Shown piece after piece: positions 12,023 to 25,164 of a stretch of 64,000 nucleotides of DNA. The stretch comes from Ancylonema sp. Taxonomy: Eukaryota. The notes under the pieces were generated by a model. It made no database searches. It saw only the letters and a program-made list of their open reading frames with translations, and had not been told where the DNA came from. The number at the start of each line of letters is the position of its first letter. Positions within the stretch are counted from its first letter, which is position 1. Made by a program: the position numbers and the translations under genes. The stretch covers positions 1 to 64,000 of the forward strand of contig JBFLGF010000084.1 in NCBI GenBank assembly GCA_050230475.1, written 5' to 3'.

Positions 12023-12979
12023 TGTTAGGCCCCACTCCTATAGTCACAAGTGGAGTTCCTATAGTCTTGTTCCCTTAGCGAGTGTGCCTAACCCGCACTA
12101 GAGTGCTCTTAGAGTTCAGTTGTTCTTATATCGAGTGTGCACTTAGAGTGACGTTTCCCCTTGAGTGCTTAGCTATTGTTATATCGAGTTAGCTATCGTT
12201 ATGTCGAGAGTTCAATCACCCTCATTTCCATATTGTGTCCATAGTGTTCACCCTCATTTCTAGTATAGGTACTTGATAGGAGCAACCTTAAGGTTGCTCC
12301 TATCAACTCATGTAGTTCACCCCTTTATTACTCATCATTCCCATTATTTCCGTCCTCTTGTGAACATGCTTATCTTTATAGCTAGGTTTTCTCCATCCTT
12401 CGTCCTCCCTCACACTTTCCATAGGAGAAAATCTTTTTCCAGGGTTTTCCAATTCCTTCGAATCCTCATCACCTTTCCATTCTTTTCCCATCCAATTATG
12501 GCACATTTCGACAATCAAATTCCAGAGAATCCAGACCAATAATTTTAGCAAGATAGGATAGGCAATCTTGAGTACTTTGTCACATAAGTACAAGCGGACA
12601 ATCAAAGGCTGGTCGAGCAAGTTCGTGTACTTAGTGAAATTGCAAGACAGCCCGTCCACTACTACGCTCCCCAAAATCCCACTTCCTTTGACCTACACAT
12701 CCCCCCTCCTCCTCCATTCAATGGGGCTGCTACAGACCTCCCTGATTTCAAAATTAAAATACACAACTTTTTCAGTGGCAGCCCTGGCCTTTAGGATCAG
12801 GATTCTAAAAAATTACTCTAGACTAGGAATCTCATGGTGGGACAGGCAGCAATCTGGTTCCAATCCCAGATCGATTCTTCCACTCATCACCTCCCCTCAT
12901 CTTGGGACTTGAGCATATTCCTGGCAGCCCTCGAGGCGGTCTTTGGGGGGGGTGTCACAACCCAATCTTGGGAGCGACC
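12023..12979 (+). mobile_element. Ty3/gypsy 5' LTR (12023-12414, family E) plus degenerate gag
   Basis: TGTTAGG..CTCACA LTR with the same hairpin and PBS layout as families C and D. gag from 12498 resembles 15280-15660 (FKIK..FFS, AAIWF..DS). Confidence 0.7.
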
Positions 12980-13740
12980 TAGCCATCATATCTAATATCC
13001 AGCCTAGCCTCCAACTAGGTGCGGTTGGTTGCCCAACCAACTCGTCTAGTACTTAGGCATCATTGTTGCCTCTACCACCACAATCCCCCTCTCACCGATA
13101 TGGCTAAGTCAACTACTATCCACTACACATACCCATGAGGGTCTTCCCCACTCCCAACATTTTCACTCTTACATGCTTCGTAAGCTGATCATCAACCATT
13201 GCAAGGGTCCTAACGAACTCAAATGTGAACTGTCCACTCTCTAACTTCTCCCTCATAAAGTGATACTTGATTGCAATGTGCTTGCTCCTCTTGTGAAACA
13301 CCGGGTTCTTGGCCAACTTGCTAGCTGATTGGTTATCCAGCAGTAGCAGAGTCCCTCCCTCCTCAGCTCTAATCCCCATCTCAAGCTGCAGCATGTGGAG
13401 ATACACAACACTGCAGTGCAACTGTGCGCAACATGGCCCATGGCCATGTACCCCGCCTCTGTGCTATTGAGTGCCACCACATCTTGCAACTTGTTGTCCC
13501 AGCTGATAGCTGCCCCTTGACTTAAGAACACGTACCCACTCCTCCCCCTCTTGGTCTCCACGTCGCTCCCATAACTAGCATCGCTGTACCCCCAGATTTC
13601 CAGGTCCTCCCCATGACTGTACCCCAGCCCCTCCCCAGCTGTCCCCTTTACGTACCGCAACACCCGTTTTGCAGCCTCCCAATGCTCCGGCTGGGGTGCC
13701 TGGCAGTAGCTGCTAAGAGCAGACACAGCCATTGATAACA
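12980..13740 (-). mobile_element. copia RT C-terminus/RNase H, PPT and short 3' LTR
   Basis: HWEAAKRVLRYVKGT, GYSDASY, STEAGY, DNQSA..HKRSKHIAIKYHF; PPT tgagaggggga at about 13086-13097; about 105-bp LTR similar to 30607-30706. Confidence 0.85.
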
Positions 13741-14907
13741 TCCGTAAAGGATCACGATCATGTGTTGACACATTATGCACACCAATCCCTGATGCTATCA
13801 TTGAGACCAAGCTGTTAGAAAGTCTCTCTGTACTGCTTTCACAAATCAGACACACATGTCTAAAATACTGGTCATCTCAGCACTGACTTCCTTCAGCGGT
13901 TGCGGATCTCGACAACATATCGAAGACCCTGGCTTCACTCGATCTGAGATGTTAGATGTATATGTGTATTGGCTGTGCGTTCATGCTTTCCAAACAAATC
14001 AGTATCTGCTTTGTGTCCTTTCAACCAAACATTAATATTTAAAAAAAAAAATCACTTCATTGAAGCGTCGCACTGAGCTTCACTTTCGCCGATCAATGGT
14101 ATACAGATGCATTACCAGCTCGAGAAGCTTGCTGACAAGCTCTGAAGCCGTCGGTCCCGGAGCCTCCTCCTCATCAGTCAGTACAGATGAAGTGGCACGT
14201 GTAATGGTCTTCACGTACTTTGGCTGTAAACTCTCTAGAGCTACCAGTTGCGGACCGCTTTTCCATGCAGTGTTTGACCTGCTGCTTCTATGTTTGACAG
14301 TAGCAGTGGGGGAGATAAATCCACTTTGCTTACGGACATTCCATGGGGCCAGCGAAAGAACAGGGGGTGGTGACTTTCTCCCGGAAAACCCGCCAGAGCA
14401 TATCTCGGGAAGACGCAAAACATGTTGCATGTATGCAGCTTTACAAGTGTCGACCATTGCGATACCAAAATCCTTGACTGCACTCTTCACGGTGACCTCT
14501 CTACCTGCTCAGCTGGCAGTGGTAAGCCAAGATGACCAGATAAAGCAGTGAACAGTGGACAGTTTCGCACAGTCCAAATGCCCCCCCGAAATGATATTGC
14601 CCCATGCATCGCATCTCATCATTAGACTCTCATGACGGATACGTTTTCGATACGAGTCAGTTGCACGGTGCGGTGCGGTGCGTTTTTGGTTTGTGATGCC
14701 TGTGTGATATGATGAGCTTTACCTCTTTTTTGTTGAGCACACGTTCATGATAAAAGTCCGCCAGGAATCCCCTCTCATTACAACGGGAAAATGACCGACG
14801 TAAAACATTCAGCTCTAAATTATAGAACTAATGAGAATCATGTCCGCGTAATGCTCGAACAAAAATCATCAAACAAACAGCCAACACTAAAGATCTAAGT
14901 AGATCCC

Positions 14908-16313
14908 TGTTAGGATCCACTCTCTAGCATTAGTTCCGCTAGCGAGTGTTCCTATAGCGAGTGTTCCTAACCTTAGTTAGACCTTAGAGCCTTAACATAT
15001 GTTCACTCCTTAATTTCTCCGACTCCTACCTTTTTTCGTTTAGTGTGTTTTCTCTTTCTGTCACTTAGCGACACTCTTTTGTACTTGAGCACTTGAGAGG
15101 TGTCCTCTCAAGTGCTCTTATCAATTCATGTCTTTTTTCCTATTCCTGAATTTTGATATGTGTGTAATTGTGCTTATTACAAGCAAGGCATTCTTGCTTA
15201 GGAGCTGCCTTACACTTTGATAAGAGAAAAAAAATCAGTTTTTCAATTCAGCATTCATTACACTTTTCAAGTCATCATTATGGCTGATTCAAATGACATT
15301 TTTCAAAATCTTAATGTACACAGAGTTCAGCCACAAAATCAGGCACCCGTCTCCAATCCAGCACCCCCACAACCCCCCCCCCCGGATCTGCCTACTCCTG
15401 AACCACTCCCCTTTTTGGGAGTCCCTACTGATTTTGCTCGGTTTAAGCTTAAACTTGTTCATTTTTTTAACAATCATCAGACTTCCTTTCCTACTCCCTT
15501 CACTCGGGTTATGTTTACGCTAACTAAACTAGAGGGAGCTGCTGACAAATGGCTACTACATGTCCATCCGGACACGAACCTACTCCCCGCCAACTGGGAT
15601 TTCATGGAGGTCTCGCAGAATTGCAGCTTTTTTTCGGTGGGGCTGCCACCGAAGATGTAGATGGACGTGCCTGCGTTCCCTCCGCCAAATCGGTTCTGTG
15701 TCAGATTTGGCCATTGCCTTTCAGACCAATAACCCAATCCTTTAACCCACGCTGGGGTGACCATCCTCTCATCTTTATTTTCTCATAAAAATTGAAAGAA
15801 AATATTCGGTTTGAGCTTGCGGCCAAGGGTACCATACCTGCCCGGTTTGCGGAGTACGTGAGTGCGGCCATTGCGGTTGAACAGAATCAGGCTGCAGCGG
15901 TTCTCTCCAGGAAACAGCAGCAACCTCGCTCTCCCTTTCCCACCAATGAGCCCAATAAGCCCAACCCTCTCCTTCGCTTCTCTCCGTCACCCCCTCCTCC
16001 CTCCCACCACGTCCCCATGGATCGAGATGCTACCCGAGGTCCCCGATGCCCACTCACCCTAGATGAACGTCAACGCCGTGCGGCACACGGCTTGTGCGGC
16101 TACTGTGGTCAATCTGGCCACCTCATTGCTGCCTGCCCCGCTGCCTCCCGCGCTGGTCCTCGTCTGCAGGCCAGATCTGTTCAGCCCCTCCCCCAGAACC
16201 CTTATTACCCGTCGGCAGGTTTTCAGCCCTTACCTGCTGCCTACCAGTACATGCCAGCCCAACAAGGACCTTTTCCGGGTCCTTGGATGGCCCTCCCCTC
16301 TCCCCACACCACC
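14908..16313 (+). mobile_element. chromovirus-like Ty3/gypsy 5' LTR (14908-15214, family C) plus gag
   Basis: TG..CA LTR homologous to 38156-38462. gag with LEGAADKW, VPMDRDA, ERQRR..LCGYCGQSGHLIAAC; frameshifted; ends at N16314. Confidence 0.9.
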
Positions 16314-16314
16314 N

Positions 16315-16920
16315 ATTCATCTTAAAGATGTCGCTCAAACCCCCCTTCACGCCCAGCAAGCTCCTCTCATCCACCCACACTAGCAGAAGGTCGTCGACAT
16401 AGAAGGCAAGAAGATCCTGCTCTCCCCCTCCCCCTTGACATAAATGCCATGCTCCATCTTCAACTGGACGAATCCTAGCTTCTTTAGAATCCTGTCGATG
16501 GTCTGGTTCCACATGCGTGGAGACTATGTCAGGCCGTACAAGCACTTCCACAACCTTCACACTCTGTCTCCCCCCTCCACCGGTGCCACCCCCTCTGGGA
16601 TCTCTACATAAGTCTTCTCCTCCAAGTCGGCGTAAAGAAAAGCCGTAGCCACATCCATCTGGTCCAGCTCCCACTCCAAGGAAGTTGACATCGCCACCAA
16701 CGCCCTCACACTCTCGAATCTTACGGTAGGAGCATACGTCTCATCATAATCCAGCCCCTCTACCTGCCTGAACCCCTTGGACACTACCCTGGCCTTATAC
16801 TTATCCAGGTTCCTAGCAGCATCCGTCTTGATCCTCAGCACCCACTTTGTCCCTAATACCTTCTTGCTTTGGGGTCGGGGCACCTCCTCATACACGCCGT
16901 TCTCCCACACCGACTCAGCT
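16315..16920 (-). mobile_element. copia reverse transcriptase fragment
   Basis: KWVLRIK..KYKARVVSKGFRQVEGLDYDETYAP..QMDVATAFL..FYVDDLLL. Confidence 0.9.
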
Positions 16921-17029
16921 CTACTTTGTCGTACTACTTAGCATCGTGTCCTCATAGCCAATTATGCATCACTCTCACACGCGTGATCCAACTCCACTTA
17001 TATTGTTAGGATCCACTCTCTAGCATGAC

Positions 17030-17770
17030 CCCATACAGATCCTCGTCTGTCTAACGATGTTCCATGGAGAGAATGGACGCACATCCGTGTGGCCAGGCTT
17101 GGTAGGAACATGGTGGGGTCCCAGGATCCAGCGAAGGGTGGAAGTGGGCACCATCATCTTGGGCAAGGCAGCTTGCAGCACCTCAAGTGTCAAGAAGTTT
17201 TGCTAGTAGAGACGTACCCGATGGGCCGCCGAGCCCATGTCTGCCGCGTCAAGGAGGATTGGTGCACCCAAAAAATCTTGTACCAAATCCTGGGCATTTT
17301 GAAATGCCTTCGTGTAGCGGTCCCCGGGGTAGGTATTCTCCAGGATGTAGATAAGCGGCGACGTTTGCTCCCACTGAAAGAAGTTGATGATCGCCACCAT
17401 GTTGAAGAAGAACCGGAATCTGGGGTCATGTACTCCCTGGCGGTATCCGGCCCTGTTAACACTCTGGCACTCTCAGCTAGCACCCAACATGTCGACTAGG
17501 CCGTGTCTGGCCACCAAGTTTGTGAGGAAGGTAGGGCTGTGCATTGGTCTATGTTTTGCGGCAGGCGATCTTCAAATCCATGGATGGCAGCATCTAGCAG
17601 CTGGTCTAAAAACTGATGTTGAATCGTGCGAAGAACTGCCGCTGCCACGCATCTGCTCACATCATCTTTGTCGACGTACGTATAACATCGAATCTGGTGG
17701 CCGGAAGCCAAGGCGGACCGAAGTACCCCCAATCAGATGCCTCCAAACAGTTCCAAAACATGGAGACCGT
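17030..17770 (-). pseudogene. DNMT3/DRM-like methyltransferase domain (family A, copy 2)
   Basis: GLHVLELFGGI* (motif I), YVDKD, DMLGAS*ECQSVN (IV), YILENT (VI), AHRVRLY (VIII). Collinear with 5284-5980. Confidence 0.85.
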
Positions 17771-19193
17771 CTTGCAAAGATTAGGGCGCTAGTTGACATG
17801 TGGTGGTGTTGGTGGGGATGGCGTTGTACATCTCTTGTCCCACCCAAGACGAGGTCGGGTGGATGGGATCTGGATGGAGGTGTTGAGCTTGCCGCAGGCG
17901 AAGTATGGCATTCTCCCGTCGGGTACGGTGGTTGGTCACCACCGCTTGCAGTTCAGCTGCAATGGCTGCGTCACGTAAGCGAATGGCTGCCATCTGATGT
18001 GGAGCGGCATGGTAGCCTACTTCTTTGTCCTCCTCCTCCTCACGGATTTGGTCGTAAACCGTGCCTTGCACGTCTAGCAGGTATGCTGCTTCGTCGATCA
18101 AGCCGACCATGAAGGCAGTAGCTACCACTGGAGGAGTGGAAGTGTGACATGTGGCAGATAGAGAAGAGGATTTCAGTCTACTGGATTTGTCAAAGTACCG
18201 ATAGGTAAATTGTTCTAGTATAGGCATCATAGATTCCCTTGGCTGCCCGTATGAACTCCATTCCCAATAAGATATCATAGGCAGGGGTGTCTATGATTGA
18301 AGCATGAACCAATCGCCTATGCTCATGAGGGGTGTTTCTGGCACGGACAAATTCAAGGGGTTGAGGAGTGGTCCCACGAGAACTGGCCAGCGCTCCATCA
18401 GCCGTGATGAATTCGATGCCGCGCACCAATGCGGGGGATGTTCACCCCCACGGCTACCGCATAACGCTTGCTCATCATAACACAAACCGCTCCCGTGTCG
18501 ATGATGACTTGTTGGGGGATGCAGTTGTTTACGTCGAGTACGGCTTTAGAGTTGTCAAGCAAAAGTGCGGCCGCGTGTGTCTTGGACATCTCCTCCTTTG
18601 CTACCGCAAGTACAACTTCTTCTTGCTCCATCCTCGGATGTCGTTCCTCGTTCGTGGCTTTCTCCCAGATTGCTGCTGTCAACTCAGCCAGGAGCTGCTG
18701 ATTGTCGTTGATTGAGGTCTGAAGACGTGCTGCTGCTTGGAGTGGAGTCTTGCCTTGCACGGGGTCCCCCCCCACAGATAGTGGGTCCGGGAACGTGTGG
18801 TCTGGCGGGAAGTGGAGGTTAGTGGTTCTAGGGTCCAAGCTGGAAGCGGGCAAGGCATGATGAAATGTCTGGGGAAGATGACCGGCTCCTGTCCGCTATC
18901 CTGCGATGTCATCTTCTTCCTCCTCCTCCTCCTCCTCCTCCTCTTGTTGTGGTGTACCTAACGGGACAGCTGCGGGGCTAAAGCGGACTCGACGGACAAT
19001 CTGAGTGGCTTCCTTGGTAGTTGCGGTCGGTATGGACACACGTATGGATCTGCGGCTGGCCACTGCAGCATGTGCTGGTCGAAGGTAGGTGAGGGCCATG
19101 GTCTGGTACTTGTAATCTGGCGAGATCTGGGATCGCAACTTCTTCCTCGCTTGAACAGACATGCCGTCCATTCTTCTCTTTTGGATGGACTCT

Positions 19194-22100
19194 TGTAAGG
19201 AGCGGAACTTTAGTGCGGAAAGGGGAATATAAGAAATGGAAGGAAGAAATGTGAAAGAGTAGAATATGATGAATAGGAAGACAAGGGACGAGAAATGGGA
19301 CGAAAGAGGGGGACGCACTTAAGGGAACACTATTACATGAGTTGATAGGAACGATCGAATAGATGTTCCTATCGTGTCTTAAGTACTATTGGGGAACTAG
19401 GAGGGACGGAGACTCTAGTGTAAGAACAGTAACTACTCAAGCGAGCGAAGCGAATCGAATAGCTAACGGGAAATACGAACGGTGACTACTCAAGCGAGCG
19501 AAGCGAATCGAATAGCTAACGGGAAATACGTCGGGATAGAACTAATGACTATGTGTACGGAAACTTAAAAGCTAAGCGAAACGAAAGTTAAGCGAAACGG
19601 AAGTGAAGCGAAACGAAAGTCAAGCGAAACGGCGGGCGGAATTCCCGTCGGGCTAAGTATCGTACTCTACTTAGTATCGTACGTTAGGAACACACTAGTG
19701 ATCCTAACAGGATCCCCCGTTAAAAGAACAAAAGATGATATCGGGGTTTCAAAGGAAATTCAATATAAAAGATATATTGTGGACGTGGAAGACTGAAGTG
19801 GAAAGAACGGACTAGAAATAAAAGATTTGAATGGGTCGGAACGGTGGAGATGCGCTAGATTGGGAAAAAGAGACCAGAAACTAAATGCGAAAAATTGGAT
19901 ATGGTGAAGTGGAGCCCCCCGCGGATTGGTTGAGGACGTGGGACGGAGGTGACTGGAAGGACGAGATGAGGGGAATCCTGAAAAGGACGCTGCGCCGTTG
20001 GTTCGGAAAGAGTGGACGGTCGCGGGAGGGGAAAATAGTGGAGAAGGCTTGAAACTGAAAATCGGGTTACCGAATTGAAAATAGCGATTTTGGCCAAGAT
20101 TGGATGGAGAATAAAAAAAAGAGGGCAGAGACGGGGCCACACCCAGGGATGATCGCCAGACCGAGGTTTTGGAGGGTGAGGGAAATATATGCGCGACGCC
20201 GATGAATGCGAGATATTGGACGGTTGCAGGACGGCGATTGTTGGAGGGAGCCACGCCGGCTTTGAATGAGAATCTCGGGACCGGAGTCACGTCGGACCAT
20301 GCACCATGGACGAGAAAGGGTGCCGATTGACGAAGCCATGGTGATGGAGTAGCAGTCGGCGTAGTTGGAGTGACGGAAAGGGCTGCGTGGATGTCATGGA
20401 GATCGGAGGACGGACGGCTAAAGAAGGAGGAGGACGGGCTGGCTGAACAGGGCCGTGGGTCGGGTAGGACGGCGGGGATGGGACCCGGAGGCTGGCGGCT
20501 GGAAGGGAGGGAGAACAGGCAAACACGAAGGTAAGGGGACGGATGGATGATAAAACAAGTAGGGTGAATCTTGTGGGATGCCAATAGCGTGGATGCCAAC
20601 AGCATAAGCTAGGTGCCCGGGGTTCGACTCCCCGGGGGATTATAAACATAAAAGCAGAATGTAGTAATAGAAAGAATGATGAATGTAGGGTGTATGACAG
20701 GAAAAAAAAAACGAGCTTGTGGATTGCTGGATACGGCAGCTGGCATGGTAGGGCGGTGAGCATGACAGGGTGTTGTGGTAGACGCAGCAGCGCTGTTTGA
20801 TGGGTAGGTAAGGCTGCAGGATTGGGGGGGGTTTGGTGGGGAAGGTGATGGAACAGGGCGGCATGGGCGAGACCCAGCGGCTGGAGGGGAGAAAGGGATT
20901 GGGACCGAATGTGGTTCTGGTTCTGATTCTGGTTCTGATTCTGGTTGAGACGCTGGTTCTAAATGTGGTTCTGGTTCTGCTCTTGTTGTTGCAGCTTGTT
21001 GTGGTTCTGGGTCTGGTTTCGATTCTGGTTTTGGATTCCGGTTCTGGATCTGGTTGCAGGGACTGGAGCTCAGGGCGTGACCTGAGGCTGGATGAGCTGG
21101 ATTTGGGTCTGGGATTGGGGATGGGTTATGGGTTTGGACTGGTTGCAGGACGGGAGCGGGGGCGGGAGCTGGCGGGGTTTGGCGGCTTGGAGAGATGGGA
21201 TAGAGGGAGGAGGCGGAACAGAGTGGCAGGTAAGGAGTGGAGAAGGGGAAGGGGGATGGGAGGGGCACGACAGCTAGGACGGGACCCGGCGGGATGGAAG
21301 GGAGGTGGGGGATGAATTGGTGCAGGGCAGGGAGGCTGGGGCTGGGTGGCAAGGAGGGGGGGGGGTGGGGCAAGATCTGGCGGCTAGGGGGAAATGGAGC
21401 TCGGATGGGGCCTGTCGGGACAGGTAAGGTGCCGGGAGGGGGGGGGGGGCTCTGGAATGGGACCTGGCGGGGCAGGATGGACCTGGCGGGGTTTGATACA
21501 GGGCGGCTTCGGCTGGGAGAGATGGGATAGAGGGAGGAGGCGGGACAGAGTGGCAGGTAAGGAGTTGAAAAGTGGAAGGGGATGGGAGCTCTGGCCGAAC
21601 AGGTTTGATGAGATTGAGGGGGAACGGGGATGGGAGGGCAGGACAGCTGGGACGGGACTCGGCGGGATGGAAGGGAGGTGGGGGAGGAATTATTGCAGGG
21701 CGGGGAGACTGGGGCTGGGTGGCAAGGGGGGGGGGGAAATGTTATGGGGGCAGGATCTGGCGGCTGGAGGGGAAAATGGAGCGGATCTGGTGGCTGGAGG
21801 GGAAAATGGAGGTGCTGGGAGGGGTGGGGGGGCCTGGGATGGGACCTGGCGGGGCAGGGAGGATGTTGGGGGGGGGAAGGGGAAAACTGGTGGTTGGAGG
21901 GGAGGGGGAACTAGGATGAGCCCTTGCGGGGCAGGTGGCTTGCTGGGAAGGGGGTTGGGGTGTTTCTTGGAGGGGCGGGAGGGCTGGCAGAAGTCTGGCA
22001 CGTGTCGTTGAAGCCGGTGTATGGGAGGGGATTTCAGGCCGGTTAGGGGACGTAGGAAGATGGACAGAGTAGGAGGAAGTAGGGAAGATGTGGACTTTGA

Positions 22101-23215
22101 AGGTCTGCTGTGGTAGGGTAAGGAGGGGGAATGGATTGAAGAGGATGATTGTAGAAGTGAGAATAGGATGAAGGGGAGGGGGGGGGGGGGGGCAGAAATT
22201 GGTATGTTGGGATATTTGAGACGAATTAATGTTTTATGCAAATTGCTGAGTTTTGTTGGTCTGAATGCTTTGCGCTGAATTGTTTTTGCGCTGAATTGTT
22301 TTAATTCATGAAGATTTTGAGGGCGGGGATGATTTTTCGGAAATGTAAAACACTAAATTCTGATTGAAGACGGGCCACGCGGCAGTCTCCTCCACCATGT
22401 GGTGGCGAGTTGAGCCATGAGAAAAAAAAACGGGAATAAAGAAATGGAATAAGATGAGGGAAGGAATGAAGGAAAAGGGAGGAAAAATAATGAAAAAAGA
22501 AAAATGGAAGAGAAAGAAAAGGATAGAGATAATAAAAAAAACGGCAAATGGCGAGAAAAAATGAAGAGAAGAAGAGGGAGAAAAGAAGGAGATGAAACTC
22601 CCAAAACAGAAACGAAGGAGACGGAACTCCCGAAGCAGAAACGAAGGAGACGGAACTCCCAAAACAAGAAAGTTTATTTCCTATCAAAGTGTAGTGTAAG
22701 GAGCGGAACTTTAGTGCGGAAAGGGGAATATAAGAAATGGAAGGAAGAAATGGGAAAGAGTAGAATATGATGAATAGGAAGACGAGGGACGAGAACTGGG
22801 AAGAAAGAGGGGGAAGCACTTAAGGGAACCCTATTACATGAGTTGATAGGAACGATCGAATAGACGTTCCTATCGTGACTTAAGTACTATTGGGGAACTA
22901 AACTAGGAAGGACGGAGACTCTAGTGTAAGAACGGTAACTACTCAAGCGAGCGAAGCGAATCGAATAGCTAACGGGATACGAACGGTGAGTCCTCAAGCG
23001 AGCGAAGCGAATCGAATAGCTAACGGGAAATACGTCGGGATAGAAATAATGACTATGTGTACGGAAACTTAAAAGCTAAGCGAAACATAAGTGAAACGGC
23101 GGGCGGAATTCCCTTCCGTCTAAAGTCAAGCGAAACGGCGGGCGGAATTCCCGTCGGGCTAAGTATCGTACTCTACTTAGTATCGTACGTTAGGAACACA
23201 CTAGTGATCCTAACA
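19194..23215 (-). mobile_element. non-autonomous LTR element (LARD-like, family D)
   Basis: LTRs 19194-19709 and 22695-23215 (TG..CA), 5-bp TSD ACTCT, purine tract next to the 3' LTR. The 3-kb interior has no gag or pol motifs. Confidence 0.9.
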
Positions 23216-25164
23216 ACTCTGGTATCTGTTTTGGATGCTCCTTCCAGAATTGTGCTAAGGTGTGTCCTTCCTTTTTGCAGCCCGAGCAGATGACGTCCTT
23301 CGTGCAGTGCCCGGCCAGCGGGTCGACTTTCGTCGAGGCTGGAGGTGCTGGTTTTGCCTCTTTGGGATTGGGACAATTCCTTGGCGATGTGGCCTTCGTG
23401 TTGACACCGATGGCATCTCCGGTTATGAGTGATGCTGGGATCCACCACCCTACTCCCCAGGCGATCCTTGAGTTGTACTCTTTCTCCTAACCGATCTGCC
23501 ATGGCCCTCTTGGGTCGTGCATCCACCACCACTTCCAGGGCAGCGTTGACGGGAGCATGGGCATCATAGGAGCAAGGATCGGTGGAGCGAGGGGGTGGAA
23601 TCTCTCCACACTTGCGCATTTCAGCTTCGTGGGCGATGATGTTCATCTCCACCTCACGGGCGATGGCAATCATTTCCTGGCGCGTGGATGGATCTTCCCC
23701 CCGAATGCGTCGCTTATCATCCCTGAGTCTCCATCTTGGAGAAGGTCTTCTTGCAAAGGAAGACAAAGATGTGTTTTCGGAGCACCAAAGCTAGATCACG
23801 CTCGGTGGTGAGATGGGCATTCAGAAGTGGGATGGCCAAATTGTCGAATCTAGTTGCCTGATCTAACAGCCCCTCGCCCGGAAAAGCTGTGAAATTCCTG
23901 AGGTCATCCAGATAGTCTGCTTGCGAGGACTGAAAAGTTTCAGCCACAATTAGGAGGAATTCTTCCAACTCCTCGGGCTCCTCTTTCGGATCTGGCCTAA
24001 GATCTGGCACGACTGGGGCTCGGCCAGGTCTGGACATGCGGGTACATTTCATGTCGTATATAGCTCGAAGACGGTAATATTTTCTCCATACATCTCGCAC
24101 AGGTTCCCTGGGGACAGCGTCCTCATAGTACTGGTTGTCTAGATCTTTGTGGTCCCAGGAATCCACAAACTCATTTAAGAGTCTTCGAGCCTGACCAGTT
24201 ATAAGGGCACCCAACTTCTTTAAGTATTCATATTGTGATTGCCCCCGTGTGATGTGTCTCTGAGTATCCTCCTGCAAGTCTTCCCAACCTTGCCTAGCTT
24301 ATCGGAAGAACCACTCTTGCAAGATACCTGGTCCACCCGAATACAGGGTGGATGCGGTTGCCAAAATCATTCCTGACAATTTTTTTTTTTTATTTTTTTT
24401 TTTTTGTGATAACACTTGGTCAGATTATATCCAAGCTTGACAGTGGCCGGACGTCCCTAAACTCGAAAGATCTTCTCGATCACTAGTTGCTGATCGGTTC
24501 TATGGCCGACACTAAGGTCCAAATGCTAGACGACAATAATAACGACCAATGCGACATGGTCACTGCTATCGCCGACACCTAACAAGCATCCGTACATAAT
24601 TGCATGTCCTTCTAAGGCCTATCTCAACACATTGCCTGTTCTATGCCTTAGCTAGAATATTGCGGCTCACGTCACTCGTTGTCAGATGCACTTTAACGTG
24701 TCGCGAAGCGACAAACATGTTCGCGCCGCCCAAGGCTTTCTAACGGTAGTCTTGGCGATCGCGGAGACGTCCCAATTCTCCCAACGGTTGGGTGAGGATC
24801 TTGACTTAGCTAGCTCCGTCTCAGGCGGCGGTCATGGCGGGGACACCTGACCAATGATTCCCCTAACCGAGTGCACACTCACGCCCCTCCTATTCCGTCT
24901 GTACGATTGGCTTGTTGCAATGATCGCCCTCTAAACTTTAAAGTTCCTCCGTGCTATACGAATAATTAAACCAACATATAGTATTCTGCCGAACCTAGGT
25001 TGCGCGGGTGTTTCCGCCGAAACACAAATTTCGCAGTCAAACAGGCGTTTTGCAATCAAACATGCGTTTTGTAAGGACCTAGCCCAAGGCAAAATTAACC
25101 CGTATCATATGAGTTAACCGCCTTATTGGCATTGTATAAGCACACGAGTGTTTATGGCATGACA

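Larger units (their letters stand above)
17027..24360 (-). mobile_element. family A gag-PR-DNMT retrotransposon, interrupted by element 19194-23215
   Basis: gag 24277-23216 (CHRCQHEGH knuckle) resumes at 19193 across the TSD. Protease VIIDTGA (about 18500) and DILLGMEF (about 18270), then the DNMT. Confidence 0.8.

Noticed and set aside
13740..14907. ORFs 14060-14551 and 14080-14490 as a gene
   Set aside because: No recognisable motif or supportable exon chain.
19430..19640. Spaced direct repeats resembling a CRISPR array
   Set aside because: They are tandem duplications inside an LTR, repeated in the partner LTR. Eukaryotic context, no cas genes.
19760..22820. Many long Pro/Gly/Phe-rich ORFs on both strands
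   Set aside because: Produced by low-complexity, strand-skewed DNA inside the non-autonomous element; no domain motifs.
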